Shown here one piece after another: positions 35,916 to 44,602 of a stretch of DNA of 64,000 nt. The position numbers and the translations under genes were made by a program. The stretch is from Patescibacteria group bacterium (GTDB lineage Bacteria; Patescibacteriota; Minisyncoccia; Minisyncoccales; RBG-13-36-15), in contig JAHCSE010000001.1 in assembly GCA_018609195.1 (NCBI GenBank), positions 9,559 to 73,558 of the forward strand. Reading direction: 5' to 3'. Each line of letters starts with the position of its first letter. Position 1 is the stretch's first letter. The notes below the pieces were generated by a model that made no database searches, had not been told where the DNA came from, and was given only the letters and a program-made list of their open reading frames with translations.

Positions 35916-36494
35916 CTAAATTTTACCTACTAATTTTAATCCGGGTTTTAAGGTTCTCTTTCCAGGTTCCCAACTGGCTGGGCAAACCAATCCTTTGTGT
36001 TCTCTGACAAATTTAGCTGCCTGCAATTTTCGTAAGATTTCTTTGACCGATCTGCCAATGCTATTGTTGTGCATTTCAAAAGCTTTAAGCTGACCATCAG
36101 GATCAATAATGAAAGTTCCTCGTAAAGAAAGACCTTCTTTTTCAATGTAGGTACCAAATTCTTGGCAAAGCTTTCCCGTTGGATCAGCTACCATCGGGAA
36201 TTTAATCTTTTTAATCGAAGGAGAATTATCATGCCAGGCCTTATGTACAAAAGCCGTATCGGTGCTCACACTTAAGATCTCTGCTCCCAATTTCTTAAAT
36301 TCAGAATAATATTTCGCAGCTTCTTCTAATTCTGTTGGGCAAACAAACGTAAAATCAGCAGGATAAAATAGCAATATAATCCATTTTCCCTTGTAATCAG
36401 AAAGTTTAATTTTTTTTATTTTTCCACTATGAAAAGCTTCCAACTCAACATCAGGTACTTTTTGATCAATTTTAACCATAGTTTTGTTAAACAA
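35916..36494 (-). CDS. 2-Cys peroxiredoxin (AhpC/Prx1 type)
   Basis: 192 aa; FTFVCPTEL peroxidatic Cys motif and a resolving Cys (GLVCPASW). Confidence 0.9.
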   Translation of the reverse strand: MFNKTMVKIDQKVPDVELEAFHSGKIKKIKLSDYKGKWIILLFYPADFTFVCPTELEEAAKYYSEFKKLGAEILSVSTDTAFVHKAWHDNSPSIKKIKFPMVADPTGKLCQEFGTYIEKEGLSLRGTFIIDPDGQLKAFEMHNNSIGRSVKEILRKLQAAKFVREHKGLVCPASWEPGKRTLKPGLKLVGKI

Positions 36495-36588
36495 TTTTAA
36501 TTTTTATTGCGACCTTTTACCCCGTTAGAAATTTGTTCTTTCTACACTTTCTCCATTGTATTTGGTATTTCTAACGGGGTTTACTTTA

Positions 36589-36957
36589 TTAAATAAATAT
36601 TATTTTCCCTAAAACTAAATTTTTATTCACTTGACCAAAATTTTTACTCGATTCTGACCAGGAAACAGTGCCTTCTACAAAATAAAAATTATTTTTTATT
36701 TCTTTCACTTTTTTCACAAATATTTCTTTTCGGTTTTTTGGGTTTTGAAAAACAATAAAATCAGAAACTTTGGGTTTCAACAAATTAGTGGCCAAATACC
36801 TTTTCTCCGGAACTAAATTTGGCCAAGCTGATTCCCCTTCAACTTTTACCAGAAAAATCAATCCCAAAATTTTAGTAAAGTTTATCAGTGATTTCTTTAT
36901 AGGATTTAAATCTCTCTGGGACATTTTTAACCTCATAGAAGATTTTCGCAATTTCAT
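36589..36957 (-). CDS. sodX: S26-family peptidase, Ni-SOD maturation protease SodX-like
   Basis: GESAWP (catalytic Ser) and FVKKVKEI (Lys) motifs. Immediately downstream of sodN. Start uncertain because the ORF overlaps the sodN 3' end. Confidence 0.6.
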   Translation of the reverse strand: MKLRKSSMRLKMSQRDLNPIKKSLINFTKILGLIFLVKVEGESAWPNLVPEKRYLATNLLKPKVSDFIVFQNPKNRKEIFVKKVKEIKNNFYFVEGTVSWSESSKNFGQVNKNLVLGKIIFI

Positions 36958-37345
36958 CTACTGCATCTAATAATTTCTTGGCAGCTGTTTCATTTACTTC
37001 CTGTTTATTTTGAGAGCAAAGTTTTACTGCCTTCCAGAAAAGTTCATGAAGATTAGGAAACTTCTCGAGATGTTCTTCTTTGAAGAAATCAGACCACAAA
37101 ATCTCAAGTTCCTTTTTGCAAAGCTCTGCATGGTCTTCCTTATTTTTGATTCTTCTTGCCACGCTATTGAAATACTGCAAAAGAGAGTCTTTGTCCATAA
37201 TATCTCTTGGTAATTCCAATTCCTTCAATTGTTGAATCATCCTGGCAACGGTTTTCGCAGCAATTTTGGCAGGAGTAGGTTCATAAATTGCACAAGGAAT
37301 ATCACAATGCGCTTGAGCTATAATTTTTGGAAAAAAATTCATCAT
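36872..37345 (-). CDS. sodN: nickel superoxide dismutase precursor
   Basis: MMNFFPKIIAQA pro-peptide followed by the HCDIPCAIYEP Ni-hook. Start trimmed from the track ORF, whose extension crosses an upstream hairpin. Confidence 0.82.
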   Translation of the reverse strand: MMNFFPKIIAQAHCDIPCAIYEPTPAKIAAKTVARMIQQLKELELPRDIMDKDSLLQYFNSVARRIKNKEDHAELCKKELEILWSDFFKEEHLEKFPNLHELFWKAVKLCSQNKQEVNETAAKKLLDAVDEIAKIFYEVKNVPERFKSYKEITDKLY

Positions 37346-37498
37346 AATCTTCGATCTATTTAAAGGAAAACTGACCTCGACCTTTCCCCCCACCACTTCT
37401 GCACTCGCTTTATGATACTTGTGCCAAAGGCACAAGTAGAAAAGTGGTGGGGGGTTTATCTAAGATTTTTATCATTTTGAATAAAAAAATCAAGTTTT

Positions 37499-38530
37499 TC
37501 AAAAAATCTCTGCGAAAAGTTTATTTGAAAAATAAATAACTTGCCAGAAATCTTTAGAAAATAAATCTTTTAAAGATGGTCTTTCTGGAGAAACGTGGCC
37601 GTACTTTTCAGATATTACTACCGTCTTTTTGCCAGAGTAAATTTCAGAAAGAAAAAGAGAATGAGGAAAAGGAATTAATTGATCCTTTTTTCCATGGAGA
37701 ATAAAGAGAGAGGCTTTAACTTCTGGAACCACGGTTTTTGGCGAGAGCGATTCGAGAATTTCATTGGTATAAGGTGGCAAGTCTCGAAAAAGTTTTTCTA
37801 ACTCTTCTCTCTGTTTGCTTTCCATAATTTTTTCAATAATTATTTTTCCTTCCAGAGTTTTTTCTTCTTCAAAAAATCTTTGAAGATTTTTTTCCACTAC
37901 CTCTTTAATTCTCAATGAAGGATCCCAAGAATTTACCTTTTCTTGATAAACAAAACTTTCAGAAAGCACCTCTTGAATAAGTTGCTTTGCATCAAAGTAT
38001 CCACCACTCCATAAAATGTATTTAACTTTCTCTTGAATCTCAGGATCTGCAGCTGCCAAGAAAGCAAGAGAGGAACCTACGGAAAGACCAAAAAAACCAA
38101 TTGTGCTAGAATCAATATAAGGTTTCTTTTCAAGGAATTGAAAGGCCTCTACAAGATTTTTTATTTCTTTTTTATCAATCAAGGAATCTTTTAAAGCTGA
38201 CGAGTCAACAGTGATAACCACTACTCCATTTTGTACCAATCCTTGAAAAAGTTTTTGTAAATTTTTCTCCTCAGCTCCTTGAGGATGAATACCAAGAGAA
38301 ATAACAACCCCCGGGTGCCTATTGTCATCAGCTGGACGGAAAATATAAAAGGTGGAGTCTTTATCTTTGGGGTAAATTTCTTGAATTACATCTTCTGAAA
38401 GTTCGGTTGCCTCTATTGGTAAAATAGAGAAGAGGAAGCTCAATGTTTTGAATGTCATTCCCAAGGGAGTAGCAACGAAAAGAAAGGTAATTACTGCCAA
38501 AAAAATAAATATTACAATAAAGAGCCTCAT
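37499..38530 (-). CDS. alpha/beta hydrolase (membrane-anchored)
   Basis: 343 aa; GLSVGSS nucleophile elbow; C-terminal GHV; N-terminal TM helix. Confidence 0.6.
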   Translation of the reverse strand: MRLFIVIFIFLAVITFLFVATPLGMTFKTLSFLFSILPIEATELSEDVIQEIYPKDKDSTFYIFRPADDNRHPGVVISLGIHPQGAEEKNLQKLFQGLVQNGVVVITVDSSALKDSLIDKKEIKNLVEAFQFLEKKPYIDSSTIGFFGLSVGSSLAFLAAADPEIQEKVKYILWSGGYFDAKQLIQEVLSESFVYQEKVNSWDPSLRIKEVVEKNLQRFFEEEKTLEGKIIIEKIMESKQREELEKLFRDLPPYTNEILESLSPKTVVPEVKASLFILHGKKDQLIPFPHSLFLSEIYSGKKTVVISEKYGHVSPERPSLKDLFSKDFWQVIYFSNKLFAEIF

Positions 38531-38555
38531 TGATTATTCTTAAGTAAATACAAAT

Positions 38556-39476
38556 ATGCCTTGGCTTATTTTTGCAATTTTAGCTTATTTCTTTTTTGCT
38601 ATCAGCGTTTTTATTGATCGATTTTTAATGAAAGGTCCCCTGAAAAGTCCTTTCGCCTACGCCTTTTACGCAGGAGTGTTGACGAGTAGCGCAGTCTTTT
38701 TGCTTTTTTTGGATCTCGTATTTGATTTTTTTGAACCAGTATCTGTCACAACAATCACTCTTGGGCTTCTGGCTGGTTTTTTCGCAGTATGGACCTTATT
38801 GGTCTGGTTTACTTTGGTGTTAAAAGAAGAGGTATCGAGAGCAAGCCCAACGGTAGGGGCAATTCAGCCTATTTTTATAGTTGGAATTTCTTTATTATTC
38901 TTTCTCAAACAGGCCCTCCCTTCTCTTAATGAACTTTCTGCCTTTGTATTATTTTTGATAGGAAGTGTGATAATAATGCAAAAACCTGGAGAATTTCCTT
39001 TATTAAAAAATCACACAGCTCTTTTTATCTTGAGTGCTTTTTATTTTGCCTTTAGCTGGGTGATGCTAAAAACTATTTTTTTGTTAACTAATTTTTGGAC
39101 TGCTCTCTTTCTTTTGGGCGCGGGGGCTGTAATTGGAACAGCAGCCTTGCTTGTATTTCCAGAAACTCGCTCAGATTTAGCTAAAAAAGGTTTGCCAATT
39201 CAAAAAAGGGTTTTTCTCCCTTTTCTGATTGGTAGGGTCACCGGGGCATTGGGAGCAATTTTCCAATTGGTTGCTATCCGTTTTGCAACAATCACCCAGC
39301 TCCCTCTCATTGGAGCATTAACAGGAATTCAGTTTCTCTTTCTTTATGTAATTCTTTTCTTTTTTATCGGTCGATTCCCTCAAATGGAAGAACAAATGAC
39401 AGGTAAAGCCTTTTTCCAAAAACTCGGAGGAGTGGCAATTATTGGCCTTGGATTCTTAGCTTTAACTTTTGGATAA
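38556..39476 (+). CDS. DMT/EamA-like 10-TM transporter
   Basis: 306 aa with two-fold repeated hydrophobic architecture. Plus strand. Confidence 0.5.
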   Translation: MPWLIFAILAYFFFAISVFIDRFLMKGPLKSPFAYAFYAGVLTSSAVFLLFLDLVFDFFEPVSVTTITLGLLAGFFAVWTLLVWFTLVLKEEVSRASPTVGAIQPIFIVGISLLFFLKQALPSLNELSAFVLFLIGSVIIMQKPGEFPLLKNHTALFILSAFYFAFSWVMLKTIFLLTNFWTALFLLGAGAVIGTAALLVFPETRSDLAKKGLPIQKRVFLPFLIGRVTGALGAIFQLVAIRFATITQLPLIGALTGIQFLFLYVILFFFIGRFPQMEEQMTGKAFFQKLGGVAIIGLGFLALTFG

Positions 39477-39499
39477 TTATTTATGGTGAGCTTGTCGAA

Positions 39500-40279
39500 C
39501 TACTGAACGGTTAATTCTCCTTTCATGCCGTTTGCCCGGTGGCCAGGAACTGAGCAGAAAAAGGTATAAGTTCCGGAGGCTGAAGCAGTAAATTCAATCG
39601 TATCTGTCTTGCCAGAACCAATAGTTTTTGTTCCTACTCCTAATTCAGTAATTTTAAAATTGTGGATAATACTGCCATCGTTCCTGAAAGTTATTTTCAG
39701 TTGATCCCCAGCTGAAACAGTGATGGAAGCTGGGCTAAGACTAAATTCAGTACCACTGACGGTAATCTCTCTCACTATCGATGCTGGAGCAATACTCTTT
39801 GTAACCGTCATTGACTTTACCACAATCTTATCATCAACTTTCACTGGTACATCATCTCCTGGAAACTCATAGATGTCATCTCCATCATCAATATGGATCA
39901 TGGCAAAAAGGAAATTCTCTCCTTCTTGAAGCTCACTTACCACAACAGAAATGTTATTGTAGGTTCCAGATTCAACGAAATCAGAATTCCCAAGAACTTT
40001 CCCTGGTTTTCCATCTTCTGAAAGGTGAATCACAACATAGCCTGGGTCTTTAAAGCTTACCTCTTGGATAGTCACTTGATCTTCTGTAACCTGCTGATCC
40101 TGAACAGTAATCGCAGCCTGGGTTACTGGTGGTAGGAGTACTGTAGGTAGTGCTTCTGGTGGCTGATATCCTCCTTTCAATAGAAAATAGCCACCAATAA
40201 TAACCACCAAAATAATCACTATCACCCCTATCCACTTACACCCGCACATCTTCTCTGATTTACAAATTAGACATTTCAT
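39500..40279 (-). CDS. membrane-anchored type-1 copper (cupredoxin/plastocyanin-like) protein
   Basis: C-terminal domain with Cu ligands H (IHNF), C-x2-PGH-x4-M (FFCSVPGHRANGM). Cys-rich N-terminus plus a TM helix. Confidence 0.75.
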   Translation of the reverse strand: MKCLICKSEKMCGCKWIGVIVIILVVIIGGYFLLKGGYQPPEALPTVLLPPVTQAAITVQDQQVTEDQVTIQEVSFKDPGYVVIHLSEDGKPGKVLGNSDFVESGTYNNISVVVSELQEGENFLFAMIHIDDGDDIYEFPGDDVPVKVDDKIVVKSMTVTKSIAPASIVREITVSGTEFSLSPASITVSAGDQLKITFRNDGSIIHNFKITELGVGTKTIGSGKTDTIEFTASASGTYTFFCSVPGHRANGMKGELTVQ

Positions 40280-40377
40280 AATTTTTTATCTTTAATTTTT
40301 TATTTTAAAGCTCGACCTTTTACATCCTAATTATATTCTAACAAAAATTAAATAATTTCAAATATCCCTGGCCTTTT

Positions 40378-40842
40378 TTATTTTTCCTCAATTCTTTTTA
40401 TTTTTTTAATTCGCCTTTTATGGCGAGGTAATTGGCTAAATTTTGTTTTTAAAAATTTCTTCACAATCTCTCTTGCTTTTTTCTCTCTGATTTCCCAACC
40501 ATCAAGGCATAAAATATTAATGTCATCTTCCTCTCTTAGTTTTTTTGCCTGTAAAGGGGTAAAAGCTTGAGCTGCCCTAATACCTTTGATTTTGTTTGCT
40601 ACAATACATACTCCAGCTCCAGAACCACAAATTAAAATTCCTTTATCTTTTGTTTTAGCCACTTTTTTGGCAACGGGAATTGCAAAGTCTGGGTAGTCAT
40701 CTTTTGGATCAAATTTTGTGTTTCCCAAATCTCTATAATCAATACCTAATTTTTTGAGGTATTTTTTTATTACCTTTTTTAGCTTAAAACCATTATGGTC
40801 AGCTCCCAGAAGAATTTTCATCTCGTTAAAAATTTCTTTCAT
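40378..40842 (-). CDS. rpiB: ribose-5-phosphate isomerase B
   Basis: LGADHNGFKLK and ILICGSGAGVCIVANK motifs. Confidence 0.88.
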   Translation of the reverse strand: MKEIFNEMKILLGADHNGFKLKKVIKKYLKKLGIDYRDLGNTKFDPKDDYPDFAIPVAKKVAKTKDKGILICGSGAGVCIVANKIKGIRAAQAFTPLQAKKLREEDDINILCLDGWEIREKKAREIVKKFLKTKFSQLPRHKRRIKKIKRIEEK

Positions 40843-40858
40843 GTTTTTATTGAACCAA

Positions 40859-41692
40859 TTAACCTATGCACAGCTCTCTCGCTTCCTTCTGAAGTTTTTT
40901 GACAGCCCTTGGCTGAAGGCCAATTATTTGAACTAAATCGTATAATGAATATTTTAATATATCTTTAGCTAACATCAGTTTCTTTTCAGCTAATCTCTGT
41001 CTGGCGTATTTCGTAAGCGAAGGTAAAATCGTAATCGGGTAAAGTCCCTTCTTCTCAATTAAATACTCCAAGCTTTCATCTCTCGGATAGTGCCAACCAA
41101 TGATTTTCAAACCGACACAGCGAGCATAGCCAATTGCCTCACTCGTGCATCTGGTATTCGTTACCAACCAAGCTTGATGAAAATGCTGCCCTTTTTCTCT
41201 GATTTTTTCCCAAGCCTTTTTTATATCTAAAAATCTGGCAAAAGTATACAAAGCTACTTTTATATCAGAACGGCTCCCCCGGCTATTGTGATATTTGCAC
41301 TCAACCATAAAATGCTTTTTTCCTTTCTGGGCAATGACATCAATTTCATGACGAACACAATATCCCCTCACTATTCTTCCTATTTTTGTATTATAACCAT
41401 ATCCTCTTAAAATTTCTGAAACGTATTTTTCAAAAAGAAAACCAGCTGGCCCCAATTTCATAATCGCTCTTTTTAGATTATATCGAGCAGCTAATATGGG
41501 ATTTTCTCTTCTCAGGCATTGCGTAACTTGACTCAAAATCTTTCCCGAACTATCGCCGGGGACAATAGTTCTGGCCACCTCCTGACAAACTTCTTGAGCC
41601 AGTTTTGGCTGAACGCCAACCCGTTTGAGGGAGCTATAGATTTTCTCTTTGCTGAATTTTTCTTTCTCACCTGAAGCTTTGATTATATCCAT
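40859..41692 (-). CDS. ATP-cone domain fused to Mrr/PD-(D/E)xK restriction-endonuclease-like domain
   Basis: N-terminal ATP-cone (IIKASGEKEKFSKEKIYSSLKRVGV), core HEIDVIA...FMVECKYH, and a C-terminal HhH-like tail. Confidence 0.65.
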   Translation of the reverse strand: MDIIKASGEKEKFSKEKIYSSLKRVGVQPKLAQEVCQEVARTIVPGDSSGKILSQVTQCLRRENPILAARYNLKRAIMKLGPAGFLFEKYVSEILRGYGYNTKIGRIVRGYCVRHEIDVIAQKGKKHFMVECKYHNSRGSRSDIKVALYTFARFLDIKKAWEKIREKGQHFHQAWLVTNTRCTSEAIGYARCVGLKIIGWHYPRDESLEYLIEKKGLYPITILPSLTKYARQRLAEKKLMLAKDILKYSLYDLVQIIGLQPRAVKKLQKEARELCIG

Positions 41693-42405
41693 TATTTATT
41701 TCGGATAGGTGTCTTTTTAATAATAGCAAAAGCCTCTTCTGCTGAATCAACAAGATGAAAAATTTGCAGATCCTTTCTCCTCACTGCTTTTTGTTTTTTG
41801 AAAACCTCGTTTTCAATCCAATGAAATAATGGCTGCCAATACTCTTTGCCAACAGCAACAACAGAAACTTGCTGAGGTAATTTTCTCGTTTGGATTAAAG
41901 TCACCATTTCAAAAAATTCATCCAAAGTACCAAAACCACCAGGAAAAAAGACATAGCCGCAACAAGCAGAAGAAAGCATTACTTTCCGAGTAAAAAAATA
42001 GTGAAAACCAATTGGGCTTTTGACATATTCGTTCATGCTCTGGCCTTCGGGAAGTTGGATGTTAATGCCAACCGATTCTCCCCCGACTTCAAAGGCTCCC
42101 CGATTGGCAGCTTCCATGATTCCGGGCCCCCCGCCAGTCATTACCGCATAACCTGCTTTAGCCAATAATTGAGCTAATTTTCTGGCTTCTTGATAATAAG
42201 GATTTTTGGGAGAAAAGCGAGTTGAGCCAAAAATAGCTACTGATTTTTTAAAATCTGCGATAAACTGAAAACCCTCCACAAATTCAGCCATTATTCTAAA
42301 AATTCTCCACTGGAAGGTCTTTCTAAAATCCTCTTTTACTGGAGGGAGTTCACTTTCTGGCAGACAAATTATTTTTTTTAATTTTGGAACTTTTGATTTT
42401 TTCAT
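41692..42405 (-). CDS. LOG family (TIGR00730) nucleotide phosphoribohydrolase
   Basis: GGGPGIMEAANRGA and PGGFGTLDE motifs. Confidence 0.85.
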   Translation of the reverse strand: MKKSKVPKLKKIICLPESELPPVKEDFRKTFQWRIFRIMAEFVEGFQFIADFKKSVAIFGSTRFSPKNPYYQEARKLAQLLAKAGYAVMTGGGPGIMEAANRGAFEVGGESVGINIQLPEGQSMNEYVKSPIGFHYFFTRKVMLSSACCGYVFFPGGFGTLDEFFEMVTLIQTRKLPQQVSVVAVGKEYWQPLFHWIENEVFKKQKAVRRKDLQIFHLVDSAEEAFAIIKKTPIRNK

Positions 42406-42416
42406 TATTCGTAGGA

Positions 42417-43328
42417 TTATCTCTTCACTTTATGGTGGCCGAATTGTTCTCTGAGAGCGGAAAGGATTTTTCCAGTATAGTTTGGTTTCTTCTGGCTTGA
42501 GACGCGGAATTGAAAAGAATCTTCAATCACTTTCACTTTAATTTTCCATTTTTTAGCTACTTTCACCGTCCACTCCCCTTCCCCGGTATGAGAAACCTTA
42601 CCTGAAACATCTTGAAGATTCTCACCATGTTTTTCAAAGGCTTTTTTTAACCAATCCATTAAGCGAGATTGAATGACGCTGCCGTAATTATAAACATCAG
42701 CCACTCTTTTTAAATCAAGTTTAAAAGGAGCGCTTCGTATCAAATTAAAACCTTCTGCAATTGATTGCATCATTCCATACTCAATCCCGTTGTGAACCAT
42801 TTTCACAAAGTGGCCAGCTCCCACTCCCTCAAAAAATTGAAAACCATTTTTCGTTGCCAAATCTCTAAAAAGGGGTTTTAACTTTTCAAAGTTTCTTTTC
42901 TTCCCTCCAATCATTAAGCAAGCGCCTTTCCGAGCTCCCTCTGGACCTCCTGATACCCCCACATCGAAAAACTCAATTCCTTTCTTAGCAAGTTTTTTTG
43001 ATCTTTTTATTGAATCTAAATAAAAAGAATTGCCTCCATCAATCACTATATCTCCTTTTTTTAAAAAATATATTAAGCCGCCCTTCCTAAATAAAACCTC
43101 ATCTACTGGTTTTCCAGCGGGTATCATTAACCAAATCAATCTTGGAGGAGAAAGTCTTTTTATTAAATCTTCTGGAGAATCAACAGAAATTGCTCTTTTC
43201 TTTGACAATTCTTTTTTCGGTCTAGGATTTTTATCGTAAACAATAACTTTCCAATTTCTTCCCAGTAATCTCAAAGCCATATTTTTCCCCATTTTCCCTA
43301 AACCGATAAGACCTATTTCTTTTTTCAT
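42417..43328 (-). CDS. gnd: 6-phosphogluconate dehydrogenase, short (decarboxylating) type
   Basis: IGLIGLGKMGKNMA Rossmann motif and GAGHFVKMVHNGIEYG. Confidence 0.82.
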   Translation of the reverse strand: MKKEIGLIGLGKMGKNMALRLLGRNWKVIVYDKNPRPKKELSKKRAISVDSPEDLIKRLSPPRLIWLMIPAGKPVDEVLFRKGGLIYFLKKGDIVIDGGNSFYLDSIKRSKKLAKKGIEFFDVGVSGGPEGARKGACLMIGGKKRNFEKLKPLFRDLATKNGFQFFEGVGAGHFVKMVHNGIEYGMMQSIAEGFNLIRSAPFKLDLKRVADVYNYGSVIQSRLMDWLKKAFEKHGENLQDVSGKVSHTGEGEWTVKVAKKWKIKVKVIEDSFQFRVSSQKKPNYTGKILSALREQFGHHKVKR

Positions 43329-43348
43329 ATTTTTTTAATTCTCAAATT

Positions 43349-44602
43349 TTATTTTCGTAAAATTTTCCTGGTCTCTTTTTTATACAATTCAACTCCTGGT
43401 TGGTCAAAGGCATTCACGCGCATCAACTTTGCCAAAAAGATAATTTCTATCATTTTCATTTGAAAGAGCGCTCCCAGACTTCTTTCATCCAATTCTGGCA
43501 AAATTGTCTCGGTAAAAGGGAGTTTTTTCTTGATATAGGCCTTTTTCACTCCCTCAAAAATTGCCAAAGTGAGTTCCCAGATTTTCTTTCCTTCGCTCCC
43601 CGGAAAAAGGAAATCAAGATCTCTATTTGGAGGAATCTGAAAGTCATGATTTAAATTTTTAACAAAAACAAAATTGATTAATTTATCCCTTGGCCCATCA
43701 AAATAAAGTTGAGCTAAAGAGTGAAAGTCAGTAGTGCCAACCGTAACAGTTGGAGTAATACCCTTTTTATCTTTGCCTAAACTTTCTGCCATTAATTGAC
43801 AATACCATCTCCCAAAGAATTCCAAATCCGGGGGAAAGACAAAATTACTATAAATGTTTTTCCCTTCCTTGTAGTGATAAAAAATGATTAAAGCTGAAGC
43901 TAAGGCTGGGTTTTTTAAAGGATTTGCTATCAAACAAATTTTATTTACCTCCTTAGCTCCCGCAAGCAACTCTTTTGGGTCAACCCCTGCCAAGGCTAAG
44001 GGAAAAATGCCAACATTACTCAAAACAGAATATCTCCCAGAAACCTCTTTCGGAATGGAAAGTATGGAGTAATTTCTTTTTTTCGCAAAATCCCAAAGAA
44101 TTGATCCTTCATTAGTGATGACAAAGATTTTAGGTTGATATCTTTTCAGAACTCTCAAAAGAACAAAAAAATTGGCAATGGTCTCAAAAGTCTTGCCTGT
44201 TTTACTCACCAGACAAACTGCAATCTCATCTCTTTTAAGAGGAGCTAATTTCAATTTTGAAATAAGTTCAGAAAAAGAAAGAGGGTTAAGAGTGTCAAGG
44301 AAAAAAATTTCAACTAAATCTGCTTTCTTTCTTTTCAGTGCTTTATAGACTGCCTCCGTCCCCAAACTCGATCCTCCAATTCCTACTACAATAATCAACT
44401 TGAGATTTTTTGGAATTTTTTTTAAAAAAATTGGCTTTTCAGTAGGTAACAATAAAAAACTTTCTGGAAATTTATAATTCTTTTCTTTTAAAATATTTTT
44501 AATCTTTTTCAGATAATTACTAATTTCTCCTTTTTTGTGAAAAAAAGTCAAAGGTACTTGGCTAATTTTTTGGAAGTTAAATTGGAACATGGGTCTCATC
44601 AT
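43349..44602 (-). CDS. pgi: glucose-6-phosphate isomerase
   Basis: 417 aa; VGIGGSSLG and SKTGKTFET motifs. Confidence 0.85.
   Translation of the reverse strand: MMRPMFQFNFQKISQVPLTFFHKKGEISNYLKKIKNILKEKNYKFPESFLLLPTEKPIFLKKIPKNLKLIIVVGIGGSSLGTEAVYKALKRKKADLVEIFFLDTLNPLSFSELISKLKLAPLKRDEIAVCLVSKTGKTFETIANFFVLLRVLKRYQPKIFVITNEGSILWDFAKKRNYSILSIPKEVSGRYSVLSNVGIFPLALAGVDPKELLAGAKEVNKICLIANPLKNPALASALIIFYHYKEGKNIYSNFVFPPDLEFFGRWYCQLMAESLGKDKKGITPTVTVGTTDFHSLAQLYFDGPRDKLINFVFVKNLNHDFQIPPNRDLDFLFPGSEGKKIWELTLAIFEGVKKAYIKKKLPFTETILPELDERSLGALFQMKMIEIIFLAKLMRVNAFDQPGVELYKKETRKILRK

Noticed and set aside
36872-37435. Track N-terminal extensions of sodN (to 37435), 28093..29025, L18 (to 7956), cutA (to 62775), CcdA-like (to 56286) and thiI (to 30630)
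   Set aside because: The extensions run through hairpins, terminators or repeat spacers, or overlap the upstream gene extensively. Internal ATGs give family-typical N-termini.
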